NCBI GenBank assembly: GCA_963715505.1
Contig: OY970242.1
Location: forward strand, 1,804,836 to 1,868,835
Direction of reading: 5' to 3'
Source: an uncultured Microthrixaceae bacterium
Lineage (GTDB): Bacteria > Actinomycetota > Acidimicrobiia > Acidimicrobiales > VFJN01
DNA: 64,000 bases
Shown here in pieces: positions 54,798 to 64,000 of the stretch (positions are counted from its first letter, which is position 1; the number at the start of each line of letters is the position of its first letter). Below the pieces are notes generated by a model. The model was not told where the DNA came from, made no database searches, and saw only the letters and a list, made by a program, of their open reading frames with translations. The translations under genes and the position numbers were made by a program.

Positions 54798-56080
54798 GCC
54801 CCACCCCCGGCGACCGTCGTCGTCGGCTCGGCATCGCTGTCGGGGCCCGCGGCGCCCGTGATGCGCACCGGGACGATCGAGCCGACCTCGAGCCAGTCGG
54901 GCACGTTGACGATGCCGTCGATCTCCGGCGCCTCCCGGTGGCTCCGGGCGATGCCCGGCGCGTCGACGAGCACCTCGACCACCTCGCCCACCAGCGCATC
55001 GCGGCGCGCGGCGGTGATCTGGTCCTGCAGCTCGCGCAGCTCGGCCAGGCGCTCTGCGACGAGGCCGGCCGGCACCGCGGCGTCGAGACCGGCGGCGTAG
55101 GTGCCCTCCTCCCGGGAGTAGGCGAAGAAGCCGCACCAGTCCAGCTGGGCCTCGGCGACGAAGGCCAGCAGCTCGTCGTGGTCGGCCTCGGTCTCGCCGG
55201 GGTAGCCGACGATGAAGTTCGACCGGAACGCCGCCTCGGGCGCGCGCCGACGGATCCGCTCGATGCGCTCGAGGAAGCGGGCGCCATCACCCCAGCGCCG
55301 CATGCGCCGCACGAGCGGCGCCGACACGTGCTGGAGCGACAGGTCGTAGTACGGCACGCCGGTGGCGGCGATGGCGTCGATCAACCGGTCGGTGAGGTCG
55401 GACGGGTAGAGGTAGAGGAGCCGCACGCGCTCGACGCGCCCGGCGACGGCCTCCACCAGGGGGACGATCGACCGCTCGCCGACGCCCTGGTCGCGGCCGT
55501 AGCTGGCGAGGTCCTGGGCGACGAGCACGACCTCCCGGACGCCACCGGCCGCGAGGTCGTCGACCTCGGCGAGCACCTGGGCGGCCGAGCGCGACCGCTG
55601 CGGACCGCGGAAGCTCGGGATGGCGCAGAACCCGCAGGCCTTGTCGCAGCCCTCGGCGACCTTCACGTAGGCCCACGGCACGGCGCTCGGGGGCCGCGGG
55701 AGGTTGAGCAGGTCGAGGGCAGGCAGCGCCCCGGCGGCGGGCTTGCGCCCCAGCGCCACCGGCACACCGAAGCCGGCCACGCTGTCGACCTCCGGGAGCG
55801 CATCGGCGAGCTCCGGGCCGTAGCGCTCGGCCATGCACCCGGTGACCACCAGGCGTGCGTCGTGGGCCTTGCGATCGGCCAGCGCCAGCACCACGTCGAT
55901 CGACTCCTGGCGGGCGTCGTCGATGAAGGCGCACGTGTTGACGACGACGAGGTCGGCGACCTCGGCGGCGGTGGCGGGGGTCATCCCGTCGGCCAGCAGC
56001 GTGCCGACGAGCTTGTCGGAGTCGACCTGGTTCTTGGGGCAGCCCAGGGTCTCGACGTAGAAGGTGCGTGACCCGGACAT
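54794..56080 (-). CDS. rimO: ribosomal protein S12 methylthiotransferase
   Basis: Shows FYVETLGCPKNQVDSD, NTCAFI, radical-SAM CDKACGFCAIP and a TRAM domain. Start at MSGSRTF (cat 56078-56080). Confidence 0.9.
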   Translation of the reverse strand: MSGSRTFYVETLGCPKNQVDSDKLVGTLLADGMTPATAAEVADLVVVNTCAFIDDARQESIDVVLALADRKAHDARLVVTGCMAERYGPELADALPEVDSVAGFGVPVALGRKPAAGALPALDLLNLPRPPSAVPWAYVKVAEGCDKACGFCAIPSFRGPQRSRSAAQVLAEVDDLAAGGVREVVLVAQDLASYGRDQGVGERSIVPLVEAVAGRVERVRLLYLYPSDLTDRLIDAIAATGVPYYDLSLQHVSAPLVRRMRRWGDGARFLERIERIRRRAPEAAFRSNFIVGYPGETEADHDELLAFVAEAQLDWCGFFAYSREEGTYAAGLDAAVPAGLVAERLAELRELQDQITAARRDALVGEVVEVLVDAPGIARSHREAPEIDGIVNVPDWLEVGSIVPVRITGAAGPDSDAEPTTTVAGGGA

Positions 56081-56104
56081 GGCAGCGAAGGCTACCGGTC
56101 CCGG

Positions 56105-56311
56105 CCCGGAGCCCCGAAGAGGGGCGACCGGGCCCGACCGCGTGCGCAGCCGCCAGGCGGAGCAGCCCCGAGCACGGGAGCCAGATGGGCGGAGCCCGGA
56201 GCCCCGAAGAGGGGCGACCAGGCCCGACCGCGTGCGCAGCCGCCAGGCGGAGCAGCCCCGAGCACGGGAGCCAGATGGGCGGAGCCCGGAGCCCCGAAGA
56301 GGGGCGACCAA
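56105..56311. repeat. 90-bp tandem repeat, 2.3 copies, immediately upstream of rimO
   Basis: CCCGGAGCCCCGAAGAGGGGCGACC recurs at 56105, 56195 and 56285. The two full units are nearly identical and contain GCCCC-GAAGA-GGGGC and CCGCC-A-GGCGG hairpins. Confidence 0.85.
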
Positions 56312-56315
56312 CAGC

Positions 56316-57224
56316 TCAGCGCAGGGCCAGGCCGGGCCGGGGCCAGTCGAGGACGACCAGCTTGCCGGTCGCGGAGAGCGTGGCGTAGGCGCTGCGCAGG
56401 TCGGGGCCGCCGAAGCACACGTTGGTGACGAGCGGGTCGGGCAGCGGCGTGTGCTCGATCGACCCGCCGTCGGGGGATATCGCCGTGATGCCGCCGTTGA
56501 CGAGCGTCCCGACGCAGACCCACCCCTCGCCGTCGACCGCCAGGCTGTCGAGGAGCTGCAGTCCCGGGAGGCCGGCCAGCAGGTGCCCGCCGTGGCCGAC
56601 CGGGGTGCCCCGCTCCACCTCGCCGGGGCCGCTGACCTGCCACCAGAACACCCGCCCGGTGTGCGTCTCGGCCACGTAGAGGCGGCTCCCGTCGGGCGAG
56701 AGCCCCACGCCGTTGGGCGCGTCGAGCGGGAAGACGACCTCCCGGCAGGAGGAGCCGTCGGCGAGCGCGTAGTGCACGCCGGTGCGGTCGCTCGAGCGCT
56801 CCTGGCGCACGCCGTGGTCGGTGAACCAGAAGCCACCCTCGCCGTCGAAGACGAGATCGTTGGGGGCGCGCAGCGGTCCGCTGGAGCTCTCCGTGTACAG
56901 CGTCGTCACCGCGCCGGTGGCGAGGTCGACCCGCTGGATCGACCCGCCCCGCCAGCTGGGCGGCACCGCGCCGGGGAGCGTGAAGCCCATCACGTCGTCC
57001 CAGGTGAAGCAGCCGCCGTTGTTGCAGACGTAGACGCAGCCGTCGGGACCGAGCGCGGCGCCGTTCGGCCCGCCGCCGAGGTTGGCGACCACCGACAGCG
57101 ACCCGTCGGCCGCCACCTTCGTGAGGGTGCCGCGGGCGATCTCGACGAGGAGCACGTCGCCATCGGGGAGGGCGACGGGGCCCTCGGGGAACTTGAGGCC
57201 GCTGGCCAGCTCACGGATCTCCAT
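56316..57224 (-). CDS. SMP-30/gluconolactonase/LRE family protein
   Basis: Shows LKFPEGPVALPDGDVLLVE...GGPNGAALGPDG...PNDLVFD...PNGVGLSPDGSRLYVAET, with a beta-propeller repeat pattern. Confidence 0.8.
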   Translation of the reverse strand: MEIRELASGLKFPEGPVALPDGDVLLVEIARGTLTKVAADGSLSVVANLGGGPNGAALGPDGCVYVCNNGGCFTWDDVMGFTLPGAVPPSWRGGSIQRVDLATGAVTTLYTESSSGPLRAPNDLVFDGEGGFWFTDHGVRQERSSDRTGVHYALADGSSCREVVFPLDAPNGVGLSPDGSRLYVAETHTGRVFWWQVSGPGEVERGTPVGHGGHLLAGLPGLQLLDSLAVDGEGWVCVGTLVNGGITAISPDGGSIEHTPLPDPLVTNVCFGGPDLRSAYATLSATGKLVVLDWPRPGLALR

Positions 57225-57296
57225 GCCGCCTTGCTACCAGAGGTCGCGTGCGCAGCCGCCAGGTGGAGCATCCCCGCAGCGGGACCACCGCAGCGC

Positions 57297-58667
57297 TCAG
57301 CCTGCCGCGCTGCCGGTGAAGGCGAAGGAGCCCAGGCGCAGGCTCGGGACGTGCACCGGGCCGCCGTCGTTGCTCACGAGCTGGGCGTCGTCGCCGACAC
57401 CGAGGACGCGCCCGGGGCCCAGCGCGCCCACCACCGACTGCGTGTAGCGCAGGTCGCGCACGGCGGCGACCACCTCGCCGCCCTCGATGAGGAACAGCCC
57501 GTTGCGCGTGAGGCCGGTCACGACCTGGGTCTTCGGGTCGAGGATGCGGTTGTACCAGAGGTCGGTCACGAGCAGGCCGCGCTCGACGGAGGCGATCAGG
57601 CCCTCGACGGTGTCGGTGCCAGCGCCGAGGAACAGGTCGCTGGGGTACCCGCCGAGGGCGTCGTCGCCGACGGAGTGCCCGGTCGGCTCGACACCGGCCA
57701 GCAGCGCGCTGCGCCGATCGTGCACCAGAGCGACGGTGACGCCGTGCCGCACGAGCTCGACGCGCCTCTTGGGGGTGCCCTCGGCGTCGTAGGGTCGGCC
57801 CAGGGCGCGGGGATCGGTGGCGTCGTCCCACAGGTCGATGCGATCGTCGAACTGGGCCTCGCCGAGGTGGGCGAAGCTGGTGCCCTCGGCGTAGGCCTTG
57901 CCGTTGAAGCCCAGCCACGCCGGGAACAGCAGCAGGGCGCCCACGGCCTTGGGTTCGAGCACGACCTCGTAGCTGCCGGGCGGCAGGTCGATCGGTTCGA
58001 CGCCCGCTCTGGCCTTCGCCGCCGCAACCTCGCCGCAGCGCTGCCCGTCGAGGTCGGCGACGTGCGCCGAGGTGACCTGCGCGTAGCCGTCCGCCGGCGG
58101 GCCGCTCGACCTCGGCGCTCGGTGGATGGCATCGAGCTGCGCCATCGTCGTGCGGCTGGCGACGCGCTGACCCGTGGTCGAGCACAAGACGTTGATGTCG
58201 CCCTCGGTCGAGCAGTAGCCGGCCGCCTCCATGCCCTCGCCGGCCGCGACGAAGCCCCCGACGACCCCGGCGCGGAGGTCGGGCTCGGCGGCGAGCGTGT
58301 CGGCGTCGAAGTGCTCGACGGCCGCCACCGGCGACGGAGGGGCGAGGCCGGGATGGTCCGGGTCGGCGGGGCGCAGGGCGGCCGCGGCAACCAGGCGCTC
58401 CGCCAGCCGCTCGAGACCGTCGGCGTCGAGCCGGGTGGTCGTGCCCTGGGCGGTGCGGCCGCCGTCGACCGCGACCTTGAGGCGCACGTGGGCCTGGTCC
58501 TCCGCGACGTTCTGGTGGATGCGGCTGTTGGCGAAGCGGGTGAGCCCCGAGCTGCCGCTCGAGCAGCTCACCAGCGCCTCGGCGCGGCCGTCGACGAGGT
58601 CGAGCACCTGGTCGCACACGGCGAAGCCGGCGCGGGCGACGGCGTCGGTCGCCGGATCCCAGGCCAT
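57297..58667 (-). CDS. pmbA: TldE/PmbA family metallopeptidase component
   Basis: Start at MAWDPATD (cat 58665-58667). PmbA_TldD-family C-terminus ...GLLVTDLWYNRILDPKTQVVTGLTRNGLFLIEGGEV. Paired with tldD by an ATGA overlap. Confidence 0.8.
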   Translation of the reverse strand: MAWDPATDAVARAGFAVCDQVLDLVDGRAEALVSCSSGSSGLTRFANSRIHQNVAEDQAHVRLKVAVDGGRTAQGTTTRLDADGLERLAERLVAAAALRPADPDHPGLAPPSPVAAVEHFDADTLAAEPDLRAGVVGGFVAAGEGMEAAGYCSTEGDINVLCSTTGQRVASRTTMAQLDAIHRAPRSSGPPADGYAQVTSAHVADLDGQRCGEVAAAKARAGVEPIDLPPGSYEVVLEPKAVGALLLFPAWLGFNGKAYAEGTSFAHLGEAQFDDRIDLWDDATDPRALGRPYDAEGTPKRRVELVRHGVTVALVHDRRSALLAGVEPTGHSVGDDALGGYPSDLFLGAGTDTVEGLIASVERGLLVTDLWYNRILDPKTQVVTGLTRNGLFLIEGGEVVAAVRDLRYTQSVVGALGPGRVLGVGDDAQLVSNDGGPVHVPSLRLGSFAFTGSAAG

Positions 58668-60103
58668 CAGCGGACCCCGACCCGAACGCCGGTGAAGCGC
58701 GCCGGCACCGACGGGTGGCCCGTGTGGCCGACCTGCATCGGCTGACCCTTGCCGCAGTTCGGCACCCCCCAGAAGGTCCACTCCTCGGGCCCGCCGACCA
58801 TGTCCATCGACGCCCAGAACCGGGGACCGATCCCGGTGTAGGTGGGGTTGCGCAGCATGCGACCGCGGCGTCCGTCCTTGATCTCCCAGGCGATCTCGCA
58901 GCCGAACTGGAAGTTGAGGCGCTTGTCGTCGATCGACCAGGACCGGTTGGTGTCCATCAGGATGCCGTCGTCGGTGGCGGCGATCATCTCGTCGAGCGAG
59001 CTGTCGCCCGGCAGCAGCCCAACGTTGGTCATCCGCACCATGGGCAGGCGCGACGGACCGTCGGCGCGCACCATCCCGCCGGAGGGCAGGCCCACGAGCG
59101 GCGCGGAGTCGCGTCCGGAGAGGACGCCGACCCAGGTGCCGTCGCGCACGATGTCGACGGCCTGGGCGGGGACGCCCTCGTCGTCGTAGCCGAAGCTGCC
59201 GAGCGACCCGGGCAGCGTCGCGTCGGCGGTCACGTTCATGAGGTCCGATCCGTAGCGCAAGGCGCCCAGCTGCGCCGGGTCGAGCCAGGACGTGCCTGCG
59301 AAGGCAGCCTCCCAGCCGAGGATCCGGTCGAGCTCGATGGCGTGGCCGACCGACTCGTGGAGCTGCAGCGCCATCTGCTCGCTGCCGAGGATCAGCGTGG
59401 TGGTGGTCTCGGGGCACTGTGGGGCGCGCAGCAGCGCCTGGGCCTCCTCGGCGAGGCGCGGCGCGTGCGTCAGGAGGTCGAGCTCGCGGACCAGCTCCCA
59501 GCCGCGCGTGCCGTACTGGCCGCGCACGCCGGGGTGGCTGCGGCGCTGGGTCTCGCCGTCGCCGATGGCCGTGGCGTCCATGACGGCCCCGCACTCCACG
59601 AGGCGCTGGGTGATGCGGCCGCCCTCGCTCGACACGAACCACTTCTCGGTGTCCCAGATCTGGTGGCTCGCCTGGGCGAGCGGTGCGCCGGCCTCGGCGA
59701 TGGCGCGGGTGACCGCGACGAGGTGATCGGCGCGCTCGCCGACGGTCACGTCGTCGAGGGGGTGCTCGACCCATGCGCTCGACCAGCTGGCCTCGACGAC
59801 CGGCGCCGGCGCCAGCTCCAGCGGTGGTCCCGGCACGCGCGCGCTGGCCCGCGCCACGGCGGCTGCCAGCTCCCCGGCGCGGCGAGCGGCCACGACAGTG
59901 AGCTCGGGCGTCGCCTGGAACCCCCACGACGAGCCGATCAGCGCTCGCACCCCGACGCCGGCCGTCTCGGTCTGCGTGAACCCCTCGACGATGCCGTTCT
60001 TGGCGCTCATCGACTCGTAGCGCACGGTCATCGTGCGGGCGTCCGCGTAGCGCGCCCCCGCCGACAGCGCCCCCTCCACGGCTGCAGCCGCGAGATCGAA
60101 CAT
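58667..60103 (-). CDS. tldD: TldD family metallopeptidase
   Basis: Shows the HESVGHAIELD (HExxxH) motif and the C-terminal GMCGKG-like NCGKGQP. Confidence 0.85.
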   Translation of the reverse strand: MFDLAAAAVEGALSAGARYADARTMTVRYESMSAKNGIVEGFTQTETAGVGVRALIGSSWGFQATPELTVVAARRAGELAAAVARASARVPGPPLELAPAPVVEASWSSAWVEHPLDDVTVGERADHLVAVTRAIAEAGAPLAQASHQIWDTEKWFVSSEGGRITQRLVECGAVMDATAIGDGETQRRSHPGVRGQYGTRGWELVRELDLLTHAPRLAEEAQALLRAPQCPETTTTLILGSEQMALQLHESVGHAIELDRILGWEAAFAGTSWLDPAQLGALRYGSDLMNVTADATLPGSLGSFGYDDEGVPAQAVDIVRDGTWVGVLSGRDSAPLVGLPSGGMVRADGPSRLPMVRMTNVGLLPGDSSLDEMIAATDDGILMDTNRSWSIDDKRLNFQFGCEIAWEIKDGRRGRMLRNPTYTGIGPRFWASMDMVGGPEEWTFWGVPNCGKGQPMQVGHTGHPSVPARFTGVRVGVR

Positions 60104-60143
60104 GGTGCGGCACGGTACCGGACACGCGCCGGTCCCTGGCCTG

Positions 60144-61379
60144 CTACCGGCGCAGCAGCGTGAAGGGGTGCAGCTCCGCCCAGTGGGGCGCCTGGGTGGT
60201 GCGGTAGTCGTAGATGCTGCCGCCGATCGATCCCCGCTCGCTGGCGGCCGCCAGGAAGGCCTTCAGGTCCTCGACGGTGGTCTTGTCGCCGATGCCGCCG
60301 ATCGGGTGGACCGGCGCCTCGGGCTGGCCGATGTGGGCCCGGATCCGGTCGATGTTGGCTGCGGTGTAGGTGTGGGCGTTGCGCCACGGTGAGCTGGCCT
60401 GGCGGTTCGTCCAGTAGCCCATCGGGAGCCACACGTCGTAGCTCGGGGCCAGACCCGCCCAGGGGTAGGACGGCCAGTAGTGCGGGTTGACGTCTTCCAT
60501 CAGGACCGGCTCGAGCGGGATGGCGCCGAGCACCGCGCCCGGGAGGTCGTGGCGCATCGCCGAGGACAGCTCCACCATGCGCCGGTTCCGCTCGGCGAGG
60601 TCGCCGACGTTGCGCGCCTCGAGGTCGACGGCGAGGCCGTCGACGGGCATGGCGGCGATGGCGTTCATCCGGTCCCGGTCCAGTCCGGGATCCTCCAGCG
60701 TGGGCAGGTACCAGCCGACGACGGACATGCCGTGGTGATGGGCCCGGTCGATGAAGGCCTGCAGCCGCTCCGGCTCGAGGACCAGCGTCGGCGAGTTCCA
60801 CTTGCTCGCCTGGATGTAGAGGGTCTGCGTGCCGTGGGCGGCCAGGAGGTCGACGGCCTCGGGACCGATCGGCGATCCCGAGAACGTGGTCGACCAGTCG
60901 TAGACGTCGAGCCAGGCACCGAGGCCCGTGTAGGGCTCGAGCGTGAAGCGGCTGGGCGACAGCGGCGGGGGCGGCGCGGGTGGCGCGGTGGTCGTGGTGG
61001 GCGCCACCGTCGTGGTGGTGGTCGGTTCCGGATCAGGCGCGGCCACCTCGGCGCTGGAGGCCTCGTCGGCCTCGGCGAGCGCGGCCAGGCCGGCCCGGGC
61101 GAGCGGCCGGTCGGCACCGGCGCGGCCTGCCCAGGGCCCGATGGGGCCGAAGGCGGCGGCCAGCACGACGGCTGCCGCGAGGGCGCCGGGGCCCACGGCC
61201 AGGCGTCGCCGGGCGAGCCGGCCGGCGCGCTCGCGGGCGACGGCACGCAGGGGCTGCTTCCGGCGCCGCGCACCGCGAGGGCCCTCGGGAGGGTCGAGGA
61301 GGTCGAGTACGTCGTCAGGATCGGGGAGCATGACGGTGCGGGGCCTTCCGGGGCAGGAGATCGTGGGTGGCTCGGCCAC
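60144..61379 (-). CDS. hypothetical membrane-anchored protein, possible TIM-barrel glycoside-hydrolase-like domain
   Basis: A TM segment (ALAAAVVLAAAF), a Thr/Pro linker, then YTGLGAWLDVYDW...TLYIQASKW...HGMSVVGWYLP. The start may be the internal MLPDPDD. Confidence 0.5.
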   Translation of the reverse strand: MAEPPTISCPGRPRTVMLPDPDDVLDLLDPPEGPRGARRRKQPLRAVARERAGRLARRRLAVGPGALAAAVVLAAAFGPIGPWAGRAGADRPLARAGLAALAEADEASSAEVAAPDPEPTTTTTVAPTTTTAPPAPPPPLSPSRFTLEPYTGLGAWLDVYDWSTTFSGSPIGPEAVDLLAAHGTQTLYIQASKWNSPTLVLEPERLQAFIDRAHHHGMSVVGWYLPTLEDPGLDRDRMNAIAAMPVDGLAVDLEARNVGDLAERNRRMVELSSAMRHDLPGAVLGAIPLEPVLMEDVNPHYWPSYPWAGLAPSYDVWLPMGYWTNRQASSPWRNAHTYTAANIDRIRAHIGQPEAPVHPIGGIGDKTTVEDLKAFLAAASERGSIGGSIYDYRTTQAPHWAELHPFTLLRR

Positions 61380-61464
61380 CGTTGATCAACGACCGGACGC
61401 GCCGGGAGGTTGAGCCCTTCATCGCCCGCGACCCCATCGCGTCCGCTCGCTCCACCCCCAGGGA

Positions 61465-63903
61465 CTAGAGCTCGCCCGCTTGCATGTCGTTCTCGAGCTC
61501 CTCCACGGTCATCAGCACGGCCCGCGCCTTGGAACCCTCGGACGGACCGACCACACCGCGCTGCTCGAGAAGATCCATCACCCTACCGGCTCGGGCGAAG
61601 CCGATCTTGAGCTTGCGCTGCAGCATCGACGTCGAGCCCAGCTGCGACCGCACCACGAGGTCCATGGCCTGCACCAGCAGATCGTCGTCGTCGTCGCCCG
61701 AAGCGCCACCGGCGCCCGCGGCGGCGCCGGCGCGGGCGTCGTCGCTGCCTTGCACCTCGTCGTCATAGGTCAGCTCGGGGGCCTGGCGCTTCCAGACGGC
61801 GGCGACCTTGCGCACCTCCTCCTCGCTCACCCACGAGCCCTGGATGCGCGACGGCGCCGACGAGGCCGGGCCGAGGAGCAGCATGTCGCCCTTGCCGATG
61901 AGCCGCTCGGCGCCGGTCTGGTCGAGGATGACGCGGCTGTCGGTGGCCGAGGACACCGCGAAGGCCAGCCGGGCGGGCACGTTGGCCTTGATGACGCCTG
62001 TGATGACGTTCACCGACGGCCGCTGCGTGGCGATGACCAGGTGGATGCCGACCGCCCGGGCCATCTGGGCGATGCGGCAGATCGAGTCCTCGACGTCGCG
62101 GGCGGCGACCATCATCAGGTCGGCGAGCTCGTCGATGACGATGAGGATGAACGGCAGGCGCGGGAAGGCGCGCAGCACCTCGCCGGTGGGCGACACGTCG
62201 TCGGGCAGCTCGCCGCGGTCGAACGCCGCGTTGTAGCCGGTGATGTCGCGATAGCCGACCTCGGCGAGCAGGTCGTAGCGCCGCTCCATCTCGCGCACGG
62301 CCCAGGCGAGCGCGTTGGCGGCCTTCTTCGGGTTGGTGACCACCTGGGTGAGCAGGTGCGGCAGCCGGTCGTACTGGCCCATCTCGACGCGCTTGGGGTC
62401 GACGAGGATCATCCGCACCTGGTCGGGCGTCGAGCGCATCAGGACCGAGGTGATGAGCGAGTTGAGGCAGCTCGACTTGCCCGCGCCGGTGGCCCCCGCG
62501 ATGAGCAGGTGCGGCATCGTGGCGAGGTTCATCAGGACGGACTTGCCGTTGATGTCGCGACCGACCGCCACCTCGAGGGGGTGCGTGGCCCGCCTCGCCT
62601 CGGCGGACGCAAGGATGTCGCCGAGCGCGACGATCTGGCGGTCGACGTTGGGCACCTCGACCCCGATGGCCTGACGGCCCGGGATGGGCGCCAGGATGCG
62701 CACGTCGGGCGACGCCATGGCGTAGGCGATGTCCTTGTGGAGGCTGGTCACCCGGGCGACCTTGACGCCCGGCCCGAGCTCCAGCTCGAAGCGGGTGACC
62801 GACGGGCCCACCACCATGCCGACGAGCTTCGTCTCGACGCCGTGCTGGGCGAGCGCCTCCTCCAGCACCCGCCCGGCGGCCTGGACCGCCGCCTTGTCGA
62901 CCTCCTGGGAGCCGGTGCGGTGCAGCAGCGTGGAGGCGGGCAGCTTCCAGGACGAGCCCTGCACCGCCGGGCCCAGCTCGATCTCCAGCTGGGTCGGCTC
63001 GCCCGGCGGCTCGGGGTCGATGATCTTGGGCTGGGGCCTCGCCGCCCGGGGGCGTCGGGCAGCGGGCGGCTCCCCCTCGGTCGCCGCGTCGGCGTCCTGG
63101 TCGAAGACGCGCACGTCGCCGGGCGTCGCATCGGTCGCCCCCTCGCCGCTCAGCGAGAACAGGGAGCCCCTGGCCCGGCGCAGCGCGGCGGAGACGGCGC
63201 TGCCCGCCGGGCGCATGCTCGCGGCCGTGCTCTGCGCGGCGACGCGGACGGGCATCCGGGTGAGCACCACCAGCCCGGCGAGCCCGACGGTGCCCAGCAG
63301 GAGCCCGGCGCCCCACGGCGCCAGGCCCGAGGCGAGCGGGCCTGCTGCGGCCACGCCGAGCAGGCCGCCCGCGCCCACGAGGTCGTCGGTCGGAGCGTCG
63401 AGGCCGGGGCGGCCGCCGGCGAGGTGCAGCAGGCCGCACCCGGCGACCGCGACGGCGAGACCGCCCACCCACAGGTGGGCCCGGGGGTCCCCCGCCTCGG
63501 CGCTCTCGTCGTCGCGCCCGCGGACGAGCACCACCCCCGCGGCGAGGAGCGCCACGGGGACGAGCAGGCGGCCCCATCCGACCGCCGTGCCGATGCCGGT
63601 GTCGAGTGCCCGACCGGCCGGGCCGGCGGCATCGACGTAGACGCCGAGGCCCGCGACGAGGCCCACGCCGATGCAGAGCAGACCGGCGACGTCGGTCGAG
63701 TGGCCGCTGAGCGCGGCCGCCAGGGCGCGGAGCAGCCGGTCGCCGAGGGAGGCTCGCCGGGCGCTCGGGCGCCGGGCGGGGGCGCGGGTGGCCCCCGTCG
63801 CCCGCGGTCGCTGGGTCTTCGTCGCCACAGTGGCCACAACGCTATCAGGAGCCACAGGAGCCACACTGGGACCGCGGGCGGCGCCGGTGGCCGGACGCGG
63901 CAT
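61465..63903 (-). CDS. ftsK: DNA translocase FtsK/SpoIIIE
   Basis: N-terminal TM helices and a motor domain (LLIAGATGAGKSSCLNSLI, ILIVIDELADLMM, ATQRPSVNVITG). The gamma domain reads LVVRSQLGSTSMLQRKLKIGFARAGRVMDLLE. The start is uncertain: ATG 63903 leaves only 9 bp to the divergent gene, and GTGs at 63837 and 63828 are alternatives. Confidence 0.9.
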   Translation of the reverse strand: MPRPATGAARGPSVAPVAPDSVVATVATKTQRPRATGATRAPARRPSARRASLGDRLLRALAAALSGHSTDVAGLLCIGVGLVAGLGVYVDAAGPAGRALDTGIGTAVGWGRLLVPVALLAAGVVLVRGRDDESAEAGDPRAHLWVGGLAVAVAGCGLLHLAGGRPGLDAPTDDLVGAGGLLGVAAAGPLASGLAPWGAGLLLGTVGLAGLVVLTRMPVRVAAQSTAASMRPAGSAVSAALRRARGSLFSLSGEGATDATPGDVRVFDQDADAATEGEPPAARRPRAARPQPKIIDPEPPGEPTQLEIELGPAVQGSSWKLPASTLLHRTGSQEVDKAAVQAAGRVLEEALAQHGVETKLVGMVVGPSVTRFELELGPGVKVARVTSLHKDIAYAMASPDVRILAPIPGRQAIGVEVPNVDRQIVALGDILASAEARRATHPLEVAVGRDINGKSVLMNLATMPHLLIAGATGAGKSSCLNSLITSVLMRSTPDQVRMILVDPKRVEMGQYDRLPHLLTQVVTNPKKAANALAWAVREMERRYDLLAEVGYRDITGYNAAFDRGELPDDVSPTGEVLRAFPRLPFILIVIDELADLMMVAARDVEDSICRIAQMARAVGIHLVIATQRPSVNVITGVIKANVPARLAFAVSSATDSRVILDQTGAERLIGKGDMLLLGPASSAPSRIQGSWVSEEEVRKVAAVWKRQAPELTYDDEVQGSDDARAGAAAGAGGASGDDDDDLLVQAMDLVVRSQLGSTSMLQRKLKIGFARAGRVMDLLEQRGVVGPSEGSKARAVLMTVEELENDMQAGEL

Positions 63904-63912
63904 GCTCTGGGC

Positions 63913-64000
63913 ATGCCCGAGCTGCCCGAGGTGGAGACCGTGCGTCGGGAGCTGGCGCCGCTGGTGGCGGGCCGGCGGATCGTCGAGGCGTGGGGCCACC
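63913..64000 (+). CDS. Fpg/Nei family DNA glycosylase (N-terminal 29 codons only)
   Basis: Manual translation gives MPELPEVETVRRELAPLVAGRRIVEAWGH, the canonical PELPEVE N-terminus. Truncated by the window end. Confidence 0.7.
   Translation, partial: MPELPEVETVRRELAPLVAGRRIVEAWGH

Noticed and set aside
56105-56311. Possible CRISPR array
   Set aside because: The 90-bp units are contiguous and near-identical with no unique spacers. No cas genes are present in the window.
54794-56836. 680-aa ORF fusing the SMP-30 antisense region, the 90-bp repeats and rimO
   Set aside because: RimO has a conserved N-terminus starting at 56080. The upstream part is repeat-derived or antisense to the SMP-30 gene.
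57297-60125. 942-aa ORF spanning tldD and pmbA
   Set aside because: Its N-terminal two thirds are an off-frame read of tldD. The real genes are 58667-60103 and 57297-58667, joined by an ATGA overlap.

Overview
High-GC actinobacterial-type chromosome segment. Two blocks of conserved housekeeping genes flank a more AT-rich 19.8-kb mobile island. The left block (1-9.6 kb) holds YceI, PEBP, a DMT transporter, a ferritin-like pair, two ECF sigma modules and a DUF222-HNH gene. The right block (29.4-64 kb) holds nrdJ, nrdR, a LysM gene, lexA, dapE/D/C/F, hflX, miaA, miaB, spoVS, recA, an ABC exporter, cinA, pgsA, rimO, tldD/pmbA and ftsK. The island (9624-29386) has TGTGAACGGTCA...TGACCGTTCACA termini, subterminal repeat arrays and a 5-bp TCAGC duplication that includes the nrdJ stop codon. 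It encodes a TnsA-like/TnsB-like/TniB-like transposition operon, so I call it a Tn7-like transposon inserted at the 3' end of nrdJ. Its cargo is a defence island with six parts: a DUF262/DUF1524 GmrSD-type nuclease; a two-gene cassette ending in a GGCT-like/HEPN-like fusion; a type III R-M system (mod, res); a co-directional Cap2-like E2-E1 fusion plus JAB/Cap3-like peptidase with no CD-NTase and no recognisable ubiquitin-like gene; a stand-alone Abi/UG-type reverse transcriptase; and an acidic protein of unknown function. The E2-E1 gene is preceded by a translationally coupled 45-aa proline-rich ORF ending in Gly, and an IS256-family element interrupts its 3' end. The E2-E1/JAB/Pro-rich-peptide module coupled to the R-M genes is my best candidate for an undescribed system. 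Regulatory sites seen: a cluster of Cheo-type SOS boxes between lexA and the LysM gene, one SOS box upstream of recA, and NrdR-box-like palindromes upstream of nrdJ. Several conserved genes carry apparent +1 frameshifts, which suggests assembly indels. Many long ORFs in the track are antisense or off-frame shadows typical of high-GC DNA and were not called.
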